Positions 8,324 to 16,000 of a stretch of 46,923 nt of DNA are shown piece by piece; the stretch's first letter is position 1; every line of letters starts with the position of its first letter. A program made the translations under genes and the position numbers. Location: the NCBI GenBank assembly GCA_040755455.1, contig JBFMAY010000030.1, positions 1 through 46,923 on the forward strand. The letters run 5' to 3'. The notes under the pieces were generated by a model. It saw only the letters and a list, made by a program, of their open reading frames with translations, was not told the DNA's origin and made no database searches. Source of the DNA: Thermodesulfobacteriota bacterium. Its GTDB lineage: Bacteria > Desulfobacterota > Desulfobulbia > Desulfobulbales > SURF-16.

Positions 8324-8668
8324 ATGATTATCAACTGGGCATATTTCAGAAAAGGGTGTGCATCCTGTCAGAAGGCCCAGGAGTCTCTTGGCCGCACGGA
8401 TGTTGAAATCAAAACAGAGGTAAACGCCCGGCAGGAGCCCCTGGAGGCACAAAAAACCTGGGATCTGCTGGCTGACAGCCAAAGAATCCTGATCGCCTCG
8501 GGCAATAGAATCAGGGAGTATTCTCCGCAGCCGGACAAAAAAGACGAGATTTTAAAAATCGTTCTTGGCCGGAGCGGCACGCTGCGGGCGCCGACCCTTA
8601 AAATCGGCAACACCTTATACATCGGATACAACAACGAAATGTATGATCAGTTAATCGGCAAAGGCTGA
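8324..8668 (+). CDS. ArsC/Spx-like thioredoxin-fold CxxC protein (Cys form of an ArsC-like (seleno)protein family)
   Basis: WAYFRKGCASCQKAQ at the N-terminus and LGRSGTLRAPTLKIGNTLYIGYN at the C-terminus; SD GGAG before ATG 8324. Confidence 0.8.
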   Translation: MIINWAYFRKGCASCQKAQESLGRTDVEIKTEVNARQEPLEAQKTWDLLADSQRILIASGNRIREYSPQPDKKDEILKIVLGRSGTLRAPTLKIGNTLYIGYNNEMYDQLIGKG

Positions 8669-8676
8669 TACTTTTC

Positions 8677-10212
8677 ATGCTTGCCAAAGTTTTTACCAGC
8701 AGTGTGCTTGGCGTTGAAGCCCTGCCCGTTGAGGTCGAAGTTGATGTTGTTTTCGGCCTGCCCGCTTTTTTCACCGTCGGCCTTGCCGAAGGTGCGGTGC
8801 GGGAAAGCAAGGACCGGGTGAAGGCGGCCATAAAAAACAGCGGCTACGAATTCCCGGACAAAAAAATCACGGTAAATCTTGCCCCGGCTGACATCAAAAA
8901 AGGGGGGACCGGCTTTGATCTGCCCATCGCCCTGGGCATCCTGGCCACGGAAGCAGTTGTCACCTCTGAACAACTACAGAATTTTGCCGTGGTGGGCGAA
9001 CTGGCCCTTGACGGCTTTGTCCGCCCGGTCCCCGGTATTCTCCCCATGGTTCTTGCCGCCCGCGACGCGGGACTGCGCGGCATCATCGTCCCCAAAGACA
9101 ACGCCGATGAGGCGGCCGTGGTCAACGGCATTAACGTGATCGCTATCAGTTATCTTCATCAGGCGGTTGATTTCCTGTCAGACAGGAGCCCCATCGAACC
9201 CACGGTCGTCGACCTGGAACTCTTACTCGGCAGTCAGAGAAGGTATGATATTGATTTTTCCGAGGTCAAGGGACAGGAACACGTCAAGCGCGCTCTGGAG
9301 GTAGCGGCTGCAGGAGACCATAATGTGCTGATGACGGGTCCGCCCGGCTCCGGTAAAACCATGCTGGCCCGGCGAATGCCCACCATTCTGCCGGATCTCA
9401 CCTTTGAAGAGGCCCTGGAAACCACCAAAATCTACAGTGTCTGCGGCCTGCTTCCCGACCGCTGCAGCCTGTTGACGCAAAGACCTTTCCGAGCCCCCCA
9501 TCACACCATTTCCGATGCCGGCCTGATCGGCGGCGGCAACATCCCCCGGCCCGGTGAGGTTTCCCTGGCCCATAACGGCGTTCTTTTTCTTGATGAGCTG
9601 CCGGAATTCAAAAAAAACGTGCTGGAGGTGCTGCGGCAACCCCTGGAAGATGGTCAGGTCACCATTGCCAGGGCCTCAACCACGCTCACCTTCCCGGCCC
9701 GTTTCGTTTTAGTGGCGGCACTCAATCCCTGCCCCTGCGGCCATATGGGCGACAGCAACCACAGCTGCACCTGTACCCCGCTGCAGATAAAGCGTTACGA
9801 AGAAAAACTTTCCGGCCCGCTGCTGGACCGCATCGACATCCATCTGCAGGTGCCTGCGGTGCCTTTTCAGCAGGTGGCTTCCGCCGGCGAGGGGGAGAAT
9901 TCGCAGTCCATCAAGGACCGGGTGGTCAGGGCCAGGGAGATCCAGAAGCAGCGATTTCACGGCAGAAAGGGCATTTACAGCAACAGCCAGATGACCAGTC
10001 GTGATCTGAAAAAATTCTGCGGTCTTGACAAGAAGTCTCTCAACCTGCTGGAACAGGGCATGGTCCAGCTCGGCCTTTCCGCCAGGGCCTATCACCGCAT
10101 ATTAAAAATCGCCCGGACCATTGCCGATCTTGCAGGTAAAGAGGATATCGCTTCCGAGCATATCGCCGAGGCGATTCAATATCGTCGCCTCGACAGAAGT
10201 CGCCTGCCATAA
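8677..10212 (+). CDS. comM: YifB/ComM family Mg-chelatase-like AAA+ ATPase
   Basis: VNLAPADIKKGGTGFDLPIALGIL, Walker A GPPGSGKT, RPFRAPHH, GEVSLAHNGVLFLDELPEF, NPCPCG, LSGPLLDRID, LSARAYHRILKIARTIADL. Confidence 0.95.
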   Translation: MLAKVFTSSVLGVEALPVEVEVDVVFGLPAFFTVGLAEGAVRESKDRVKAAIKNSGYEFPDKKITVNLAPADIKKGGTGFDLPIALGILATEAVVTSEQLQNFAVVGELALDGFVRPVPGILPMVLAARDAGLRGIIVPKDNADEAAVVNGINVIAISYLHQAVDFLSDRSPIEPTVVDLELLLGSQRRYDIDFSEVKGQEHVKRALEVAAAGDHNVLMTGPPGSGKTMLARRMPTILPDLTFEEALETTKIYSVCGLLPDRCSLLTQRPFRAPHHTISDAGLIGGGNIPRPGEVSLAHNGVLFLDELPEFKKNVLEVLRQPLEDGQVTIARASTTLTFPARFVLVAALNPCPCGHMGDSNHSCTCTPLQIKRYEEKLSGPLLDRIDIHLQVPAVPFQQVASAGEGENSQSIKDRVVRAREIQKQRFHGRKGIYSNSQMTSRDLKKFCGLDKKSLNLLEQGMVQLGLSARAYHRILKIARTIADLAGKEDIASEHIAEAIQYRRLDRSRLP

Positions 10213-10374
10213 CAGATAAAATGCGCAGACCGATTACAAAAATTCCAGCGTTATGTTGCCCGGCGCTATTTTTTTTAATAAATCAACCGGATGGACTTTG
10301 CTTCTCGGCGCGCAATGTGTTAAAAAATGAATTATACTTCCATTGTGCCTGTCATAAATCTTCGAGGGAGCGAC

Positions 10375-10734
10375 ATGAACAAAAAAAACGAGGAAAAAAG
10401 AAAAAGCACCCGCATCCCCGTCCAGTTTGATGTAACCATCCTGCACGATGAAGATTATCTCATTTCGTTCACCAAGGACATCTCGGCTGATGGCATGTTT
10501 ATCAACACCCCGACACCCTTGGCAAAGGGCGAAAAAATAACCGTCGGTTTTACAATTGGAGCGGAAAAAGCGATTTCGCTGAAGGCAAAAATTATCTGGG
10601 TAAACATGGACGGCCCGGATATTGACCGCGGCATGGGGGTGAAATTCATCAATGTCTCGCCGAAAATGAAAAAAAATATTCTGCTGCTGGTCAACCGCAT
10701 CGCCATATTACCGGATGACGCCCTGGTAAATTAA
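10375..10734 (+). CDS. Stand-alone PilZ domain protein
   Basis: RxxxR (RKSTR) and DxSxxG (DISADG) both intact, GMGVKF; SD GAGGGAG before ATG 10375. Confidence 0.9.
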   Translation: MNKKNEEKRKSTRIPVQFDVTILHDEDYLISFTKDISADGMFINTPTPLAKGEKITVGFTIGAEKAISLKAKIIWVNMDGPDIDRGMGVKFINVSPKMKKNILLLVNRIAILPDDALVN

Positions 10735-10819
10735 AGCATTCGCCCAACCCTGAGCAGACTCCTTTTCTTCCTGACCGGCACACCTGATTAAAAAATCCCT
10801 GATCCTGACTCGAAATTCT

Positions 10820-11011
10820 CTAAGGTTTTCTTCGTTCCGGCTGCTTACGCCGATCATTGGGGATGGAAAGGGAGACGATAACACCGCTGCGCACAGTTTT
10901 ACGTCTGTCCTGTCTATTTTTACGTCTTTCCTTGCGTTTTGATTTTTCATAATCAGGATTCTTTTCAGGATCCTTTTTCACAGTCGGGGTCTTGCCGATA
11001 ATTATATCCAT
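10820..11011 (-). CDS. Small Arg-rich hypothetical protein with four [D/E]RR motifs
   Basis: 63 aa, ERRKNRQDRR and DRRKQPERR; strong SD AAGGAG and a sigma28-like promoter upstream. Confidence 0.7.
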   Translation of the reverse strand: MDIIIGKTPTVKKDPEKNPDYEKSKRKERRKNRQDRRKTVRSGVIVSLSIPNDRRKQPERRKP

Positions 11012-11061
11012 ACGGGTTCTCCTTGATTGATCTGATCAATTATATTCCCTCTTAACTTTTT

Positions 11062-11089
11062 TTATCGGCAAGGCAAAGATAAAACTTGA
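11062..11089 (-). promoter_or_regulatory. Sigma28 (FliA/SigD)-type promoter
   Basis: Minus strand reads TCAAGTTT-N12-GCCGATAA (TCAA-N16-GCCGATAA); the -10 matches the GCCGATAA consensus exactly and lies ~50 nt upstream of ATG 11011. Confidence 0.75.
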
Positions 11090-11129
11090 CTTGTAATTTT
11101 AAAAATGCCTGTTTTCCCATCCAGTCATT

Positions 11130-12371
11130 TCAGCCCAGCTCAATTCTGTCCCCTGCTCCATAATGCAGGCTGAGAATAAGGGTCAGATACTCCCGCAGAT
11201 GCCGGGTCAGCAGAAAATTATCCCGGACAAATTCTCTGGCCTTGCCGCCGATCTCGCCAATCTTTTCCGGATGGCGGAGAAGATAGCGGATACGCAGGGC
11301 GGCGCCCTCAGGAGTGCTGACCCGGAAGCCGGTATTGAAATTGATCACCTGCAGACGAATGCCGCCGGTGTCCCCGCCGATCACCGGTTTGCCTTTCCAC
11401 ATGGCCTCTGTAACGGTAAGCCCGAACCCTTCCTTAATGGATTTCTGCAGGATAATGTCCGAGGCCCGCTGCAGGGCGTTAATCTTTCGATGGGCATCCG
11501 GCGGCAGAAGCAGGACATGGATGTCCGGGTCTTCTGCCGCTGCCTCCATGACCTCCCTCAAGACAATCTCTCCCTCTGGATCATCGGTTGCCCCGCCGCC
11601 GGCCAGCACCAACTGCTGGTCCGGGACAAACTTTTTCACAATCCTGTAGGCCTGGATGACCCCCAGGGGATCCTTGAAGCGGTCGAAGCGGGAAACCTGC
11701 AGCAGAAGCGGTCTCTGAGGATCTAGCTGGAATTCCTCATACACGGCATCAATCTCATTGCCTGGAAGGTCCATATTTTTCTCACTGAGCGGATCAATGC
11801 TTGGCGGAATGATATACTGGGGATGAGGCATGGACTTGGCAAAACCGGCCAGGGAAAAAATACTGGCATCATAGTCGCTGACAAACTGCTGGAGATATTT
11901 CCACACCGGCCGATATGGATGGCTGGCGTCAATATGGCAGCGCCATACCCATTTTCCCCGGCGATTCGAGCAGTTCTGCAGCAGATGGGCCGGTTGCGGA
12001 TCATGAATGAAAACAAAATCAGCGTCTTCAAGCCTTGCCCGCAAAACTTCCGCATTTTCCCTGTTGACCTGCTCATAGACCTTGAGCAGATGTTCAGAGA
12101 TACGGACATGGTTTCCCTGCAGGGCATTATGCATGTTCTTCGTGCATTGGAAGAAATCTTCATTGCCCTCGATCACCTCCCACGCGGTATTGATCTCCAG
12201 CTCCTGCATGAGGGGCACCAGCTTGTTGAGAATCTCAGCCACACCGCCACCCACCTTGGTTGAGTTGACGTGTACGACTTTTATGCCCCGCAGGGGCCGG
12301 GCAAGCTGGCGGAGATGATTGATAACATCCTGGCCGGCAACCCCGGCATAGGCATCAAGCAGATTCGTCAT
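11130..12371 (-). CDS. treT: TreT-like GT4 glycosyltransferring trehalose synthase
   Basis: HVNSTKVGGGVAEIL, IHDPQP, WRCHID, VSRFDRFKDPLG, KSIKEGFGLTVTEAMWKGKPVIGG; in the treY/treZ operon. Confidence 0.88.
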   Translation of the reverse strand: MTNLLDAYAGVAGQDVINHLRQLARPLRGIKVVHVNSTKVGGGVAEILNKLVPLMQELEINTAWEVIEGNEDFFQCTKNMHNALQGNHVRISEHLLKVYEQVNRENAEVLRARLEDADFVFIHDPQPAHLLQNCSNRRGKWVWRCHIDASHPYRPVWKYLQQFVSDYDASIFSLAGFAKSMPHPQYIIPPSIDPLSEKNMDLPGNEIDAVYEEFQLDPQRPLLLQVSRFDRFKDPLGVIQAYRIVKKFVPDQQLVLAGGGATDDPEGEIVLREVMEAAAEDPDIHVLLLPPDAHRKINALQRASDIILQKSIKEGFGLTVTEAMWKGKPVIGGDTGGIRLQVINFNTGFRVSTPEGAALRIRYLLRHPEKIGEIGGKAREFVRDNFLLTRHLREYLTLILSLHYGAGDRIELG

Positions 12372-13063
12372 ACCGTCACCTCCCGGAAAAATTCCTGAAA
12401 TAAGTCGTTGAGTTCCTTTCTCAGCTCGGTCACTGAACCGAAATAGGGATCAATACCATCCAGCCTGTTACACAGTTCCTGATGGCGCCCGTCAAAGCCT
12501 GCCAGCCAGAAACTGAAGTCATTGCCATGGTGGGGCAGTCTCCTGCGGGCATCGATAAAGTGATAAAAAATACTGCTGGTGGAGATGGCGGGAAACAATC
12601 GGACAAGCTCCTCCGGGGTCGCGGCCCTTTTACGGGTGTCAAAGACAACGATCTGCGAACGGATAAACTCAAAGGCCGCGGTTGCCCGCAGCCAGGGAAG
12701 ATATTCTTCTTCATCCAGCCGCTCCTCGATAATATCGATCAACTCGCCGCGCAGCGCCTCAAGGCTGTCAAACTCGGTGGGATCGATAACCGCCAGCCGT
12801 TCGGCCAGATCGGCATCATGCAGATGATACCAGGCCCAGGCGGCAAAATCGTTATTGTATTCCCGTTCCTCAAAACGCGGTTGCAGCAGGCCACCCCAGA
12901 AATGATAGTAGATGCTGCCGGCATCGATTGTCCGCAGGGCATCACGCAACTCCTTTAAGGTCAACGCTCTGCTGCCGGTGGCGATGGCGATCAGGGCGCA
13001 GTCCTTGATGGCAAAATCTCCATGACTTATGCCGGAGAATGATTGGACAGCGGTTTCAGTCAT
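12368..13063 (-). CDS. Conserved TreT-associated protein (DUF5752-like, two internal repeats)
   Basis: Repeated SIYYHF...NDFAAW and SIFYHF...NDFSFW; SD GAGGAGG before ATG 13063; 4-bp overlap with treT. Confidence 0.75.
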   Translation of the reverse strand: MTETAVQSFSGISHGDFAIKDCALIAIATGSRALTLKELRDALRTIDAGSIYYHFWGGLLQPRFEEREYNNDFAAWAWYHLHDADLAERLAVIDPTEFDSLEALRGELIDIIEERLDEEEYLPWLRATAAFEFIRSQIVVFDTRKRAATPEELVRLFPAISTSSIFYHFIDARRRLPHHGNDFSFWLAGFDGRHQELCNRLDGIDPYFGSVTELRKELNDLFQEFFREVTV

Positions 13064-13088
13064 TTTTCTCCCTCCTCTTTGTTGCTCC

Positions 13089-16000
13089 TCATTTGGCAGC
13101 CAGCAGGGCAAGCGGAAACTGCGAAAATAGATCAGCAGCATATATGCCGGCACCGTTTTCCTGCCCGGTGACTTCCTCACCGGTCAGGACATTAAAAAAA
13201 CCAGAACCCTGCAGATGATCAGGCAGGGTCAACACCGTATCACCCCATACCGCGCGGCCAAGCGGCATGCGGGTGGCATCCTTATGCTGCAGGCGGGCGA
13301 CAAGCCTGGGCACGGCCACAACCAATGTCTGCTCTCCCAGACTCCTGCCAAAGGCACACAGATGCTCTTTGCCCGCGCCCACGGCAGCAAGCGGGAAATA
13401 GGAACCACGCTCAAAAAGCTCCGGGTTTTCCTGTCGATACGTCAATGTCTTCCACAGGATATACATTTTCACCCTGCCGTCGCCTGGATTCTGCAGCAGA
13501 TCCTGTAACCGGGAAGCCGTGGGCTGGGAAGAATCCGTCATAGACCGGCCAAGCTCGGCCAGCAGACCCATCCGTTTGGCAAAATCAACCGGACGCCTGT
13601 TATCCGGATCAACCAGACAGAAATGCCAGATCTCGTTACCCTGGTAAATATCCGGGACCCCCGGCGAGGTCAGCTTAAGCAGCAGCTGACTGAGGCTGTT
13701 CATCATGCCGAACCAGGCAATTTTTTTCTGAAAAGCGGTAAAATCATCGAGAAACGCCTTGTCATCGCCGGCCAGCAACTCCCTGATAAAATGCGTCATC
13801 GCCTCCTCATAAACAAGATTCTGATTCAACCAGCTGGTGTGTACCTTGGCCTCCCGGATCACCTTCAGCATGGAGGAGGAAAAGCGCGCCAGAAAATCTT
13901 CCTTATCCGCTCCATTCATTTCCGCAAACGGCCATACGCCCAGCAGATTCTGATAGAGCGCGTACTCATCGTTTTTCGACGGTGCCGCGCCTTGCTCTGT
14001 CATCTTTTTCCTGGGCCGGTTCAATTGATGCCAGCGGCTGAGCGCTTCCCGCCATTCAGTCGTCATTTCCGAAAGGACATTGATCCGCGCCCTGACATCC
14101 TCACTGCGTTTACTGTCATGGGTGGAGGTGTTGAGCATGGCATAGGGCCAGCTTGCCGCCCGGGCGCCAATGACCGCATGAAATGCTGCAACAGACACCC
14201 CGAAATTACGGGGGTCACCACCGACCTCATTTAAGGAAAGCAGGCGATTATATATATAAAAAGCGGTATCTTCCAGCCCTTTAGCCATCACCGGCCCGGT
14301 ATACTGCTGAAACTTCATGACAAAGTCGGTTGCCGCAGTTTTCAGGGGATCTTCCGGCTGCTGTGCCGTCTCAAGCAGGAGAACTGATCTGACGAAATCA
14401 TAGATACTGGTATCCTCCGCCTGCTGACGAGCCCTGGCCCGGTCCACGGCCAGTTCCACATGCCGCCTGTCACTGTCGGTAAAAGAATCGGTGGTGAAAT
14501 AGGTCCTGTACACCGGAAAAAAAGCGACGATTTCCGTAAGCGCCTCCCGCAGGCCGTTGTGGGTATAGTCCTGGGTGTAACGGTTGCGCTTGGCCAGATG
14601 GCGCAGTTGATCGCTTAATACATTAATCTCACCGGCCATTGCGGTTTTGATGATGAGTTTCTTACAGTCATACATCAGCGCCGCAAAATCTATCTCTCTC
14701 TCGATAAACCGGTGATAGACCGCTGTCATCTCCTCTTCGGCGGACTGATCGACAAAAAGACCGTTCACCAGGCAGGAAAAATCATACCCGCTGGTACCAT
14801 GGACCTTCCAGTCGCCGGGCAGCCTCTCAAAGTCGGCAAGAATCTTCTCAACCACAACATAGAGGGGCAGTGACGCCTGTTGGTCATGAACGGATTGGTC
14901 TTCCGCCGCGATTTTCCGTTGCTCCAGTGAAATACCGCTGACAGCGGTCTGCAAATGGCGGAAATAGCCTGCCGGATCGTACAGGCCATCCGGGTGGTCA
15001 ATACGCAGCCCGTCAATTTTGCCGGTGGCGATCAGATCAAGGACCAACCCATGGGTATGGTCAAAAACCTCTTTCCGCTCCATGCGGATACCGGCAAGAT
15101 CATTGATATCAAAAAAACGGCGGTAGTTGATTTCATCCGCGGCGACCCGCCAGAAAGCCAGACGGTATGCCTGCGTGGCAAGAAGCCTTTCCAGCGGATC
15201 AAAACTCACCGGCCGACCCGGTTCACCGTTATAGTAGATGACGTTTTCTTCAATAAAAGTGGCGATCTCGGGCACCTCACGGCCAAGACGTGCCAGCATT
15301 CTTTTCAGCACCTCCTTGTTGCGGTTGCGCATTTCAATTTTTTCCTCATTTATCTCCTCGCGGCCCGGGAGCCCGGCAAATGAGGCAATCAGGCTCTGCA
15401 GCTCGAGAAACCCCTCATGCTGGGTGCCAAGCCTTGTTTCCAGGCGCTGCAGGTCATGCCCCAAAATCTGGGGATAGCTCTTCGGGGCAATGGGGAAGAA
15501 ATGTTCATAGTAGGAGATAAAGAAACTGCCCCGGTCAGGCAGAAAAACAAGACGCAGCTGCCCTTCTTCAAGCACGGCCCCGAAATAATCGCCAAGCACG
15601 GGAAGAAGGATGCGGTTTTTCAGTTCCTCCTCCTGGGGTTGCCAGTTAATGTCAAAGAAATCTGCATAGGGCGATGCCTGACCGTTTTCCAGCACATCAA
15701 CCCACCATTGGTTATCCGGCCCCACCCCCATATGGTTGGGCACCATATCAAGAATCTGCGCCATGCCATACCGGTCAAGGGCCGCAACAAACTCCTCGTA
15801 CTCCTCCCTGCTGCCTATTTCCGGATTGAGCGAGGCATGATCGATGATATCATAGCCATGGGAACTGCCGGGCCTGGCCTTGAGATAAGGCGAAGCATAA
15901 CAGTGACTGATTCCCAGCTCCTTCAGATAAGGGGCAATGGCCGCCGCCTGACGGAAGGTGAAATTTTTGTTGAACTGCAGCCGGTAAAAAGAACGGGGGA

